Assembly (NCBI GenBank): GCA_002104905.1 | Contig: MCFE01000188.1 | Location: 62,001 to 126,000, forward strand | DNA from: Basidiobolus meristosporus CBS 931.73 | Taxonomy: Eukaryota; Fungi; Basidiobolomycota | Length of the DNA stretch: 64,000 nt | Reading direction: 5' to 3' | In this document: one piece after another, positions 13,281 through 27,034 of the stretch | Layout: every line of letters starts with the position of its first letter | Numbering within the stretch: position 1 is the first letter of the stretch | The notes under the pieces: model-generated | Told to the model about the DNA's origin: nothing | Database searches by the model: none | What the model saw: only the letters and a program-made list of their open reading frames with translations | Translations under genes and position numbers: made by a program

Positions 13281-13775
13281 GAATACTCACCTAACTTGGT
13301 CACTTAGATCATTACCTACCAACTCTAGAGAATACTGACCAAATCACCTGTTGAGATTTAATTGGTATAATGACATCAAAACACTAGGTACCCAGAACAT
13401 GAAAATTCTCAAGGTTGTCCAAGTAGCCCCAAGTCTTGCATACATGCACTGAGACATTTCTAAACATGTCTTAAGTGTTTGCTATGTCAAGACAATATAA
13501 AGTATCAATCCCACTATTACATTGAATAAATCACTAGGTGAGAACAAAATAATCTACTTGTTTTCCCAAGTGCTTCCAATACATCCAAGACTGTCACAAC
13601 AAGTTATGAGCCCTAAGGTGTCACTCTCTGCTTTGCCTACTACTGTTGTCAATGGAATTTTTCCTCTGCTGAAAGATTGAATTGATCTAACTGCCAAGTG
13701 TGGAAGGTGAAGAAGAAGATGCTTCTAAAAGAAAGAGGCCTTTGGGATATTGTCATGGGAGAAAAATGCCCTCCA
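13281..13775 (+). mobile_element. Copia C fragment: decayed 5' LTR, PBS and gag start
   Basis: Homologous to ~16680-17175. Confidence 0.85.
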
Positions 13776-14222
13776 TTCAATGCCAATGTGCTGGCACATG
13801 TCAATCCAATCTATGCCAACATCCTTCATAAGAGCACCACACACAGGGTCAATGCAAATAGCTCAGAGTAGCACTACAGGTGTTAGCCAAACTGCTCAAT
13901 TGGACACCAATCTACCAGAGTTTGCCAAGTTATGCTCACCTGTAGCATCAAATTGGACTCAGCTAAGGGTCATGCTAACATGTCATGTTGCACCAGCATG
14001 TGCCATTACACCTGACCAACAGCAAGTTACCTCTGGTGAACAGACTGAAGAAGACCCACTGGAAGTACCTCCACCACCGGAGTCCTTGACAAGTAAAAGA
14101 ATGTGTCAGTACATGTTACTCCATGCTGTTCTGTAACATCATCAGGTGCAATTCAGTACAGCCAAGCTACAGCACTGCACTTGTTGGCCAGGAGGCAAAT
14201 ACTGACTACAAGTTCACAAGTA

Positions 14223-16095
14223 CCACATGAAAAATTATTGTAATGATTCCATCAACAGGCCATCACTAGTTCTAAGTCCAATGACTAAGAGGCGTTGATT
14301 CCATCAGGACACCATGCAAAGACTGTCAAAAAATAAATGCACCCTAGATATCATAAAAGACTTGGTCAAAATTTTTCATCACAACAATACAAAAGTGGCT
14401 TTTGATTGGCTCTCTGGTAGTTTTCTTACTTTCTGATCACAGACACTCCATCACCTCCTATGATTGTGTACATTGATTGGCTGTTGCCTCTTTTTCACAC
14501 TCCTTACTGCCAGACTCAACCATTTTTCTTACTTTTCATGCTTACAAATTGATTTATTACTGTTGAAACTTCAGTTGTGCCTCAATTCCCAGTTATATTG
14601 ACTTATACAAGTCCCTGTACCCTACACTCAACTAGTAACTCCATTAAAATTCACCACTCAATATGTATTTCTGCTGTAACACTCTGTTTCCGCAACTTTA
14701 ACAGGAACCCTATGGCTTTATGCCATGGTTCATTCACTGGTTCCCATATGTCCAGGTTTTTAGATGTCACTGCAAGGTCTGGCTCCTCATTTGCCAGTCT
14801 TTGCAATAAGTCCTTGCAATATTCAAATGTGTTTTCTTGAGCACTGCTCTTGAATATGTGCTGCAACCTCATAGTGTGGCTATTAATGTTCCAAAGCTCC
14901 ACCAACAGCATTGCAATAACCTTTTGAGCTTCTGACCTTGCTACCTTGTCTGTCAGTAGGATCTCCACTCTATTAAAAATGCATGATGTGGAGTCTGTGT
15001 TAAGCAAATTGACTTTCTCTGCAAACTCATCTACCTCACCAGAGTGTAGCTCAACTGGCTGCACTTCCAGCTCTTGTGAAAACATCTATTTTCTTGATGG
15101 TAATTCTTCTTGGCCATGATGCAATTCAGTCTGTTCTGGGTTTACAGCATTAATTGACAGCAACTGCAGCTTTTTTCTGATGCTTCTCTGTCTCTTGCCT
15201 AGGTAGACTTTTCCCCTTTACCTTTTCCTTGATTACTGACAGGTCTTTCACTGCTACTATGTCTAAGTGCTTCTTTTATTGAACTGTCTTTTCTCCTTGA
15301 TAAATGCTGCTTTTATGTATCTGTTTGGCCTGCTTGTCACTTGCTGGCACTCAGTGGGCAACCTGATGCTTCTTTCCCACTGGTTTCAAGTTCTCAGCCC
15401 ATGATGTGATGAGCTCCTGAGGTAGCCTCTTTTTTTTTATCAATGACAGGTCCTTCACTGCTACATTGGCTGAGTGCTTTTTGAGTAGAACTACACCTTT
15501 TCATTGGGAAATGATGTGCAGGTGCATCTATGTCTGCCTGCATTTCCCTTATTGGCACTGTTCCAGCTACCTCATGCCTCTTTGTTGTTTCTTTGGAGCT
15601 TTTGTCTCACTCCCATGCTGTGATAGGTTTTTCTGTGGGCTTTATCTTTGAGCACTGTTGCTTTGCTTCAAAGACTGTATGGTGTTCCTTGGCTGTTACA
15701 TTTGGAAATGGCTCAATTCTTAGCTGTGACATTGAGATACTTGAGTGTCTTCTTTGCAGCACAGATACTGCTTTCTCCACCTGGGATATTGATTGCCCTA
15801 TACCTTTTATCTGCTCATCCTGTTACTGGACTATTTACGGATTTCTCCAGGCCATTGCATCTCTCCTATCTGCCAGTGAACCTAGTTGCCTCATTAGTTC
15901 TTTGGTACAAGCTGACATCACACTTCCTAATACAGGTGGTGGTGATTTTATGACTGCCACTTGCTGGTCTTCAACTAAAGGTACTGCTTTTGCTACATTC
16001 TAATCTGCCTCAGTAATAAATTCAGCTAACAGCTCTGAAGAGATTCCCAACTGCCTACTTGACTGAGAGCCTGAGGATTCCACATTAATCCCTTC
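14223..16095 (-). mobile_element. CMC family right half (second-gene region plus right terminus), inverted
   Basis: Starts CCACATGAAAAATTATTG (degenerate right TIR); reverse complement of the ~24780-27034 region with internal deletions; ORF 14651-15085 is homologous to 26323-26697. Confidence 0.82.
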
Positions 16096-16099
16096 AGTC

Positions 16100-16549
16100 T
16101 CTACATTGTAGAACAGACTCCACACTAATCAGAATACAATATAACATATCCCAAAGTAGTAACTGAGTTCTCCTGGATTGGACATCTTGAGCACCTTAGA
16201 AGGACTGGATATAGGCTCTTCCAAGGATTTTTGATTATTGGTGGCTTTAATAAGAATATCTACTCAGAGTGCTAATAGAGCTGCATTTGCTCTCTTTAGC
16301 ATATAGTTAAAGCTAGAGTCAGCAGTACTACTTTGCAAGCTCAAAGATTCCAAATAAGAATCCATCTTAGAACTCAAAGCTCTTGGCAATTGTTTGAGAC
16401 CATGAAGAGATTTGTAAAGCATACAGACTAAGTGGGGTTATCTTGGGCAACAAACCCACCAGGCTGGTCCAGGTACACATCATCACTTGTGTTCCCCATT
16501 CAAAATTGAAGCTTTTACATCCATTTGATGAGTAAAACACCAATTTTTA
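16100..16549 (-). pseudogene. pol: Decayed copia C-family RT remnant (left flank of the CMC insertion)
   Basis: Minus translation HQMDVKASILNG..., homologous to ~19730-20100. Confidence 0.85.
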
Positions 16550-17004
16550 CCCTATGAAAAATAATTTGGTCCTGCAGGTGGATCCAATCCAAATCAGCCA
16601 TCAAGATCCAGTTTAGAGACTGTCATAATAACAGCAGCTTGGATTTAGTGGCCCTTGATGTAAAAATTTGTATTTCCACCTAAATATTCACCTAGCTTAG
16701 TCACTTAGATCATCACCTTCAAATCCTAGAGAATACTGACCAAATTCCTTGTTGGTATTTACTTGGAATATTTTCACCAAAATACCAGGTACCCAGAACA
16801 TGAAAATTCTCAAAGTTGTCCAAACAGCCCCAAACTTTGCACACATGTTCTTGGGACCTTCTGTATTCTATTCTATGTGTTTGCAATGCCAAGACCAGGT
16901 AAAAGTATAAATACTACTTTTACATTCAATAAATCATTAAATGAAAACCACATAATCTATTTGTTCTCCAAATCCCTTCCAATATCTCCAAGACTCTTAC
17001 AACA

Positions 17005-17016
17005 GGTTATGAGCCC
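17005..17016 (+). promoter_or_regulatory. Copia C PBS (half-tRNA-iMet type)
   Basis: GGTTATGAGCCC directly after the LTR, as in Ty5 and Drosophila copia; its ATG is in frame with gag. Confidence 0.85.
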
Positions 17017-20000
17017 CAAGCTGTCACTCTCTGGAATGTCTGCTACTGCTATTACTGGAATTTTTCCCTCTGCTGAAAAGTTGGATGGATCTAACTACCA
17101 AGTGTGGAAGGTGAAGATGAAGATGCTGCTACAAGAAAGAGGCCTTTGGGATTTTGTCATGGGAGAAGAATGCCCTCCTAAAAACGTGGGAGAGGAAGCC
17201 TTAAAGTACCAGAAGAAAGAACAAAGTGCCTTTAACTGCATTTGCCTTAATGTCAAGGACAAATTGCTGATTCAATGCTCAAGAGCAAAAACGGCAAAAA
17301 ATGTCAGGAAAGCATTGGAAGACACCTACCAGTCATGTTCAGCTGCCAAGAGAATGTATCTGAGACAAAAATTTTTTACTACAAAGATGCTGCCAGGAGA
17401 AGAAATGAAAAATCTATTTAACAGAATTACCCTGCTGATAGATGAGATGGAATCTGTGGGCGTACCAACTACTGATGAGGATGTGATAGTTACCATCCTG
17501 AATTGCCTGACAGACAAGTTTCAGGGCCTTGTATCAGCCCTAGAGTCCAGAACTGAAGATTTGACCTTAAATTACGTATATGGAAGGCTCCTGGATGAAG
17601 AATTAAGAAAATCAAGCGCCAATAAGAAGGAAGAAGAAAATGCTTTAATAAGCAATGGTAACCAACAAAGGAGGTACCCAAGACCCTACAAAGGCAACAG
17701 CAACCTATTTTGCAACTACTGCAAAAGGAAAGGACACACATCAAACCGGTGTTTCAAAAAGAAAGATTATCAGCAAAAGAAGCCTGAATATGGAAATGCT
17801 GCAACAATTGAAGATAGACTATTCATATCTGCACTAAATATGACCACAAACAAGGATTCTCAGACGTGGTATATTGACTCTGGAGCTTCTCAACACTTTA
17901 CACACCAAAAAGAACTTTTTACCCAATATCAAGAAATTCCAATTAAGAAGGTTTTCATGGGTGACAATAGAACACTTGATGCAGTGGGAGAAGGAACTAT
18001 CCAAGTAAACCTTAGAAGCAGTGAAGGAAGACATACACTGACCTTTAAAGAAGTACTCTATGTGCCAGAAATAGCCAAGAACCTACTCTCTGTAAGCAAG
18101 GCCACAGCAGAAGGACTCAGTTTCAGTTTTGACAATTCTGGATGCAGGATCACTGATCAAAATGGTGCCCATATTGCTTCAAGCATCAGAGATCAGAATC
18201 TATACAAGTTGACTTATATTCCATCATATCTGGAAGCCAATTTAAGTAACTTAAATGAAGAAACACCAATGCTTTGGCACAGGAGATTTGGACACATCAA
18301 TTTTGATTATTTGCGCAAAATGATCAAAGATCAGCTAGTTTCTGGAGTGAAAATTGATCCCCCTGCTAATTTGGAGCACTGTGAAGCCTGCATATATGGG
18401 AAACAAGCCAGACAATTGTTCAAGAGCTCTGGGCTAATCAAAACTAAGAAAAATTAGATCTAATTCACTCAGATCTGTGTGGACCTATGCAAAATTTATC
18501 CTTAGGCAGGATGAAGTATTTAATCACTTTTATTGATGATCATACAAGATACACATGGGTCTACTTCATGGAGAGAAAGGAAGAAGCTCTGTCTAAGCTC
18601 AGGGAGTTTAAAGCCATGGTGGAGAGGGAAACTGGTGAAAAAATCAAGAAAATACGCTCTGACAATGGTGGAGAATACACCTCAAAACTCTTCATCCACT
18701 TCTGCAAAATTTGTGGGATAAAGCAAGAGACTACTGTACCATACTCCCCACAGCAAAATGGTGTAGCAGAAAAAGCTAACAGATCAATAATTGATATGGC
18801 AAGATCTATGATCCATGATCAATAATTATCCTATAATTTTGGGCGGAATCAGTTGCCACTGCTGTATACCTTAAAAATAGGAGTTATAACAGAACACTTT
18901 GTGATTCTACTCCATTTGAGGCATGGTATGGATACAGACCAAGTGCAGAACATCTAAGAATATTTGGGTGTACAGCATATGCCAAAAAACTGGCCGGAAA
19001 TCAGTCAAAATTTGAGCCAAAAAGTGTAAAATGCATATTTGTGGGCTACTGCAATGAGAGTAAGGCATACAGACTCTACAATACAAAGCAAAGACGCTGA
19101 TCAAGTCCAGGGACGTGTTGTTTGATGAAAATTCAAAATTTTCACAAAAAATGACATCAGATGATGACGAAAATTTGATCTCAAGTCCACCAATTGTCAG
19201 GATTGAACCAGAGCAAAACAATGAAGATTTTTTCACTCCAGAGGACTATACAACCGTGGTTCAGCCAGAATCAGTGCCCAGGAATATCCTAGAAGTGATC
19301 ATTCCAGTATCAAATGCCCGGAGATCTAATTGGACAAGAAATAGCCCAAATTACTATATAAATGAGGGTACAAACTTAGCCTATGCCTATTCAGCCCATA
19401 TTGATGAGCCCCAGACTGTCAAAGAGGCCCTAAATAGCCCTCAGACAAAGTTTTGGAGATCTGCAATGACTGAGGAATATCAAGCCCTGATGGAAAATCA
19501 AACTTGGGACTTAGTCAAATTACCAATCAGCCAAAAATCAATTGGATGCAGATGGGTCTTCAAGACAAAATACAAGGCTGATGGTACAATTGAAAGATAC
19601 AAAGCAAGACTTGTAGCCAAAGGATACTCTCAAACAAAAGGACTTGACTATACTGAGACCTTTGCACCGGTAGCCAAGTTTAATTCCATTAGATTAATAT
19701 TGGCTATTGCAGCCAAATATAAGTTTTTTATTCATCAAATGGATGTAAAAGCTGCATTTTTGAATGGAGAACTTGATGAGGACGTGTATATGGACCAGCC
19801 TGATGGGTTTGTTGACCAAGATAACCCCCATTTGGTCTGCAAGCTTAAAAAGTCACTATATGGTCTCAAACAATCACCGAGAGCCTGGAATTGCAAGATA
19901 GATTCTTATTTGGAATCCTTGAGTTTCAAAAGAAGTAATGCTGACTATAGTATATACTATAAGCCAGATAGAGCAAATCCAGTGCTATTAGCTCTATATG

Positions 20001-20977
20001 TGGATGATCTTATTATAGCCGCCAATAACCTAGAAACATTGGAACAAACTAAATCCAGCCTATCTAAGGAGTTCAAGATGTCTGATTTAGGAGAACTTAG
20101 TTACTACTTAGGGATTAAGTTCACCATAGACAGAAGTACCCAGACTATTGCCCTAAGTCAATCCAAGTATATTCAAGATATACTATAGAAGTACAAAATG
20201 GAAGACTGTAAACCGACAGCTACCCCAATGGAGACAAACCTTAACTTGGTCAAAACTCAACCAAATCAAGAGAGCTTGGTGCCATTTGAAAGCCCTGACT
20301 TTCCTTATCAATCTATGGTCGGCAGTCTGATGTATATCATGCTTGGAACACGTCCAGATATCTCATATTCAGTGGGAGTTGTCAGCCAACATAATCAGAA
20401 TTATGGATCTGATCATATTGCAGCAGTTAAGCGGATTTTTAGATACCTAAAAGGAACTGCTGATATCTGCTTAAAATACACTTATAAGGATTCAGAACAG
20501 GATCTTGTGGGATACTCTGATGCTGATTGGGGACAAAATTTGGAAGACAGAAGAACCACCATGGGATACACCTTTCTTTACTGTAAAGGAGCAATTTCAT
20601 GGAATTCAAGAAAGCAACCAACCATAGCACTTTCCACCACAGAGGCAGAGTATATGGCAGCCTGTGAAGCTACAAAAGAAGCAATGTGGTTAAGAAAGCT
20701 GTTTACAGATTTAGGTCTATGCCAAAAAACTCCTATTACTTTATTTCAAGATAATCAAGGATGTATACAATTAGGTAGAAATCCAACTTTTCATGCTAGA
20801 ACCAAGCACATAGATATTAGACATCATTTCATATGTGAAGCTATAGAGAATAACTTAGTTAGCTTAGTTTACTGTCCTACAGATGAAATGTTTGCAGACA
20901 TATTTGCCAAACCATTAGCTAGAGACAAGTTTGAATATCTTAGGTCAAAATTAGGACTAGTCAGTATGAACATTTAG
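17009..20977 (+). pseudogene. gag-pol: Copia C Gag-Pol with frameshifts and stops
   Basis: CX2CX4HX4C, WYIDSGAS, HSDLCGPM, RSDNGGEY, HQMDVKAAFLNG, YVDDL, YSDADWG, TEAEY. Frameshifts near 18450, 18840 and 19090; stops at 18823-25 and 20186-88. Confidence 0.95.
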
Positions 20978-21569
20978 CTGAGTGGGAGTGATGTAAAAAC
21001 TTGTATTTCCACCTAAATATTCACCTAACTTAGTCACTTAGATCATCACCGTCAAATCCTAGAAAATGCTGACCAAATTCCTTGTTGGGATTTACTTAGA
21101 ATATTTTCACCAAAATACCAGGTACCCAGAACATGAAAATTCTCAAAGTTGTCCAAACAGCCCCAAACTTTGCACACTTGTTCTTGGGACCTTCTGTATC
21201 CTATTCTACGTATTTGCAATGCCAAGTCCAGGTAAAAGTATAAATACTACTTTTACATTCAATAAATCATTAAGTGAAAACCACATAATCAACTTGTTCT
21301 CCAAATCACTTCCAATATCTCCAAGACTCGTACAACAGCCCTCCTAACAAGCTTATAAGAAGATCATGACAGTGTATTGCTAATTTTACAGCCAAATAAA
21401 GGGATAATGCTTGACAATAGTTTATTGGTGCTATAACAATATTTGCATGGTATTGTTGTGGTCTTTTAGCGCTTGGTAATTATTTTAAGTAAATCCAGTT
21501 GGCCAGGATGTCCAATTGCCTTATATGGCAAGAAACATGACAGTATTTTGACAGCCTCACAGCAAGACT

Positions 21570-24405
21570 CTTATGGCATTGTATTGGCAGTATGACAGCC
21601 TACCACTGGTTCTGTATAATGCTACCATACCAATTTACCAAATGGCATTTCCTTTTTCTACCTCCCCTTGTGCAATTCATATATTCCACTGTAGAATCAC
21701 CTTTCTTTATTTGCCTACCCACTACTACCTTGTGTAACTACATATAGTTCAAATCAAAAAAAACTATGGCCTCCTGCTTACTAACCTCTATAAACGTGCA
21801 CACCTGCTGCAATTGACATACTTCTATCACCTCAACTTTACGGCTTTTTAGTGTGATACTTGCAAAGTTGCCATTTACCTTGTACTGCTGGTAGCATATA
21901 CATCTTGCAAACATATGCTTGGTTGTTGCCACTTCTGTCATGAATACCTCCTGAATATCCACAAAGCACTTCTTGGTATTTAGCCAATATATTCCTTCTC
22001 CCTGCTGAATTCTAATCACCCTTATAGGAGCGCTCTGGCTTTTGTTTGTTTGAATTCTGTATTGAATGGTATAGATGTTGGCTTGTGACCATGAGAAATC
22101 TGGCATATCTTGGTGGAGTTTTACTAATAAAATTAGTTGCTTGTTGCACCTAACCCAACTTTCCATTACTTAACTGATTACCCACACATTGGGGCTACTT
22201 AGCTTCTGAATGCCATAGGCATAGATGTCTCCATAGGCACATTTGTCCTCAGTATTTTCCAACTCTTTCTGGCTGTCCTCCATGTGCCAACTTATCATGT
22301 CCATGGTGGACTTGAAGGCAATATTCTTGATGGGATTGGAATATGGTAGTATCTGCAACTTGACTCATCTTCCTATCTCCCCACACATCTGTTCCAAAGG
22401 AAACTCCCAAGAGGTGAAGCAAGGCCCAATATTCTCTACACACCATGCAAGATGGAGTAGAGAATGGATACAGTAGTGTCAGAGATCTACATGTTCAGCT
22501 TTATGTTTGTAGTATAGCCGCTCAAATCCTGTTACAAACTCCTCACACAACAGCTGTGGATGCACCAAGTTGGCATTGGTGATCCGCTTCTGGATAAATA
22601 TTCCTACAATGTCCACATATGACTCCCAATGCTTCCAATGTACTCTTGGTAGAAATGGTCCAGAACACCACTTGAATATATACATATCCAGTTCATGCAG
22701 TCTTTGCATTTGTATTGTTGCATATGCGCATGAATATTAATTAGAGCCTGTGAGAAGTACTTAGGGTAGCGGATACTCTGTAATATCTTGCCAACTCTTT
22801 CAAATTTCTCCGGTATCTCCAAGGGCTCATTTAGCTTGAAATGCCCCATGTACAACTTGGTCATCAGTATAAGGATATTGTTGAAAAGTAAATGCATTGC
22901 CCCAGTGGAAAGCTTTTGCACCAACAGATACCCTCTATCTTAAGTATCTCTGGCTTCCAATTGATTCCATATTCTGGCCAATAGCTTAAAGCTTGCCAAT
23001 GTTGCTGCAATTGCATGCTTACTTCTGTATGTTCTCTCTGGGGAAAGATGATGTATTTGGTGCTGGTGTTTAGATAATAATAATGTGTGTGAGTTATAGA
23101 TTAAGTCCCTTGGATCTCACACATTTGACAGCAAAACCATCCATTGTGCCTGGAAAACCTGCTATCTTGCTGATGGCTGGGGTATCTCCAATGCAGATAA
23201 TAATATGTGCTTTTACATGATGGCCATTTACCATTATCCTGCTGGAAAGCATACAAAGTACATCCAGCAACGGATACAGGTAGCTATCCAGGTTCACCGG
23301 TGATTTAGGCCCAAATACCAGTGAAACTACCATCAGATTATTGCTCTGATACTGTAAGATGGGTGGCAGATTCAGATTGATGAGAATCAGTGGCCAGCAG
23401 GATTTGCTGGCAGAGTACTTGTTCAATTGGAATCCATCAAGTGCTAAAGCAAAGGCATGGTCATACATACCTTCATAGTAGCCCTTGCTTCTTAGCTGTT
23501 TGTGATGTTTGCCATCAAGTATACTGAATATGTTTGCATATATTGGATCAGTTTGAGCTTGGTTGATACTGAGCGTGGTACAGTATAGCTTTGCAATATT
23601 TGTCAGACTGCATCAGCTTCCCTAGATGGGGTATGACCAGAATATATCCGTAGTGTGTACAATGTTTTCCCTCAATGGTGGTGGATTTCTGACAATTTGG
23701 ACATGTTGCAATGGTAGCATTTTTGGATGTGAATGCCATGTAACTGTTAACACATGCTGGAATCAGGACAGTCTCTGGATCACATGGTGCCAGCCACATG
23801 ACAGCTGTCCACTTGTACCATGTACATGGTAAGTTGCATCCTGGAATGATTTTGGCAAGAAGTAGTAATATATCCTCAAAGCCCCCATTACTGATATTAG
23901 TGGAAACACACCACTTCTCTAGCTACAACATTACATCATTCACCAGTAGATGGATTACTGGGCTCACTTGGCTCCATAAAGTATCCTTGGCATTTGTTTC
24001 AACGGGTGTTGTCTCATTGCATGTAGGGATTTGACTGGGCTCATTTGTGGTACTGTAGTTAGAGGAGATAGGCTCAAAATATATCAGTGAACCTTCTTTG
24101 TCAGAGCTATCACTCTGTGTGCCATATTCAGAAGACCAAAATGATCCTAAAGGCATCCCAAACTCACCTGACTCAGTTTGCACAAGGTGACAAAGACAGC
24201 CAGGTGCCAATACAGAAGTATCAACTGGCCGGCAAGATAATGTTGGTACAGTAGTGACCAATGAATGGTTGAATATGACTTGGGTGGCAAAACATTGACC
24301 GTAATCCTTGTAATACTTCATATGCTGTCTGCATGCTTCATGGCTGAGAGGCTTGCCACAATAGCCACATGGTCTTTTTTCTCTTCTCTTATGGTGTTGA
24401 GTCAA
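21570..24405 (-). pseudogene. CMC/EnSpm transposase (Transposase_21/Tnp2-like), fragmented
   Basis: ORF 23094-23468 has LALDGFQ...SCWPLILINLNLPP...GPKSP..LDSYLYPLL...IGDTPA..KIAG; upstream Cys clusters CGYC and ACVN...TCPNC; downstream MHLLFNNI segment. The 3' boundary is approximate. Confidence 0.88.
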
Positions 24406-24699
24406 AGTAGTCTTATCCTTGGGGCAAACAGCTTGACCTTCAACAACATAACACTATTATAGCACTTTTTGGTCAATGCTCATGTGAACTTAAGACAGTC
24501 TTGTATTTGAGACATTGCACCTACATGAATGTAAGATTCAATGATGACCTGCCAGAGCAAGGATTATAAATAAAGTTGTGTCACCACATATACATGTATA
24601 TGTAACACTATTTCCCCTTTGGTTTAACTCACTTCCATATATATGCTGCCAAAAAATAAAGCAAAGTTGTCTGCTTCTCAACCAAACCCCATTGCTGAG

Positions 24700-26697
24700 G
24701 GCAACTGAAGAACGGTTGGACAACAGCTTGCTTTGACATTCAGTACAACAAGCTGGGCTACATCCAAAAAAGGCCCTGTGGACAGTGTGCCCATTTAAGG
24801 TAATAATGCGGGCTCCTCAGGCTCTCAGTCAAGTAGGCATTGAGAACCTCTGCAGTGCCACAAGCTGACCATTGTGCTCAGGCAGATGAGAATGTAGCAA
24901 ATGCAGTACCCTCAGTTGAAGATCAGCAAGTGGCCACGATAACATCACCACCTCCCATATTAGCAGCTATGTTGTCAGCTCATACCAAAGCATTAATGAA
25001 GCAATTAGGTGCAGTGGCTGATAGGATAGATGCAATGGCCCAGAGAAATCAGGAAATAGTCCAGAAACAGGATGAGTGGATAATACATGTAGAGCAATCA
25101 ATATCCTAGGTAGAGAAAGCAGTATCTTTCCTGCAAAGAAGGAACTCTAATAGCTCAATATCACAGCCAGGAATTGAGCCATTTCCCAATGTAACAGCAG
25201 TGGAACACCGTACAGTCTTTGAAGCACAACAACAGTGTCAAAAGATAAAGCGCACAGAAAAACCTATCACAGTGTGGGATGGAGACAACATGGTGTTTAT
25301 ACTGAAGCCTAAAAATCAAATGACATTGAAGATCTGTGAAGCTGTTGAGTGCAATAATGAAGAGTAGGCTAATATTCAAGAGGCCAACAGAAGTCTAGAA
25401 CGCCATCACTTTAAGGCCAGCATACCATAGGACCATCAGGAACTCAAGGCCAAGCAGAATGCACTTCACTTGTTCCATGAGCATTATCCTGGATTCAGAC
25501 GGGCAAACAGATTTTGGGCCAGCATTGGTATGCTAGAAAGTATCTCAAGGATAGCAGAAACTCTAAAAGGCAGAAGAATAAGGGTGCCATGGCTAAATAC
25601 CAGTGGCTTCCTCAAGAGCCCATTACAAGCAGGGCCAAAAGCTCAAGACAAGCGTCAAAGAGATGTCAGGCAGCTGGAAGAGTGCCAATTAGGGACAAGC
25701 AGGCAGACATGGATGCACCAACACAGCAATTATCCAGGAAAAAGCATAGAATCACTCAAGAAGCACCCAGTCAAAGTGGCAGTGAAGTACCTGGCAGTGA
25801 TAAAAACCAGCTTCTTTTACAGGAGCCCATCACAACTATGGTTGAGAGCTCAAAGCAAGCTGAAAAGAAATATCAGGTCACCAGAAGAGTGCCAGCAAGG
25901 GACAAGTAGGCCAAAACAAATGCGTCAGAGCAGAATTTATTCAGGAGACAACATAGTTCTTTACAAGAAGCACTCAGACAAAGTAGCAGTGATTAAGGAA
26001 AAGGTAAAGGGAGAAATGTAGACCCAAGCCTGAGACAGGGCGGCATGCAAATGAAACTGCAGTTCTTGCCAATTAATGCCACAAGCCAGAACAAACTGAA
26101 TCCCGTCATAGCCAAGAAGAATTACCAACAAGAAAACAGCTGTTTTCACAAGAGTTGGAAGCGCAGCCAGTGGAGCTACACTCCAGCAAGGTAGATGAGT
26201 TTGCTGAAAAAGGCAATTTGTCTACTATAGCATCCACAGCCTTCACAGCCTCCATTGTTGACAGAGTGGAGATTCCACTGACAGACAAGGCTACAACATC
26301 AAGAGCTTGAAAGACTATCACAATGCCTTCAGTGGAGTTTTGGAACATCAATAGGCATATCAAGAGGTTGCAGCACATATTCAAGAGCAGTGGTAAAGAA
26401 AATGCACTGGAATATTGCAAGGATTTATTGCAAGGACTAGCAGATGAGGAGCTAGACCTTGCAGTGCCAGCTGAAGACCAGGACGTGTGGGAACCAGTGA
26501 ATGAACAGTGGCATAAAGCTGTTGGGTTCCTGCCAACGTTGTGGAACCAGAGCGTTACAGCAGAAATACTTATTGAGTGGTGGATTTTGATGGAGTTACC
26601 TGTTGAGTGTGGGGTTGGGCTTAATGTTAGTGTAGGGTATAGGGACTTGTACAGGCCAATACAATTGGCAATTGAGGTACAACTGAAGTTTCAATAG
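24700..26697 (+). pseudogene. CMC element second gene, divergent from the transposase; product unknown
   Basis: The same translated blocks recur in several copies: ALMRQLGAVADRIDAMAQR (coiled-coil-like), LFHEHYPGFRQANRFWASIGMLRKYL, and EFWNINRHIKRLQHIF...EQWHKAVGF...EWW. Start and end are approximate. Confidence 0.7.
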
Positions 26698-27034
26698 AAA
26701 AAGACCAATTTGTATGCATGAAAAGTAAGAGAAATGGTTGAGTCAGGAAGTAAGGAGAGTGAAAAAGAGGCAATAGCCAACCAACTAACACAAATGTAGG
26801 AGGCAATTGAGTGTCTGGGATCAGAAAGTGAGCAAATTGGCAGGCAACCAATCAAAAGTCACTTAGACATTGTTGTGATGAAAAATTCTGCCCAAGTTTT
26901 TTGTGAAATCTGGGGTGCAATTATTTTTCAATGGTCACTGGATGGTGTCTTAACAAGATCAGTACCTCTTAGTCACAGGACTTTCACTTTGTGACGGCCT
27001 TTTGATGGGATCATCTCAATAATTTTTCATAGGG

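Larger units (their letters stand above)
16656..21337 (+). mobile_element. Full-length Ty1/copia LTR retrotransposon (family C), decayed
   Basis: 349-bp LTRs at 16656-17004 and 20989-21337 (~17 differences by eye, ~95%); TSD GCCCT (16651-55, 21338-42); PBS GGTTATGAGCCC; PPT GAGTGGGAG. Confidence 0.97.
16550..27034. mobile_element. Complete CMC/EnSpm (CACTA-type) DNA transposon, ~5.8 kb net, carrying a nested copia
   Basis: Termini CCCTATGAAAAAT.../...ATTTTTCATAGGG (13-bp perfect TIR core); TSD TTTA (16546-49, 27035-38); removing the element restores an in-frame copia RT; contains Tnp2-type transposase remnants. Confidence 0.9.
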
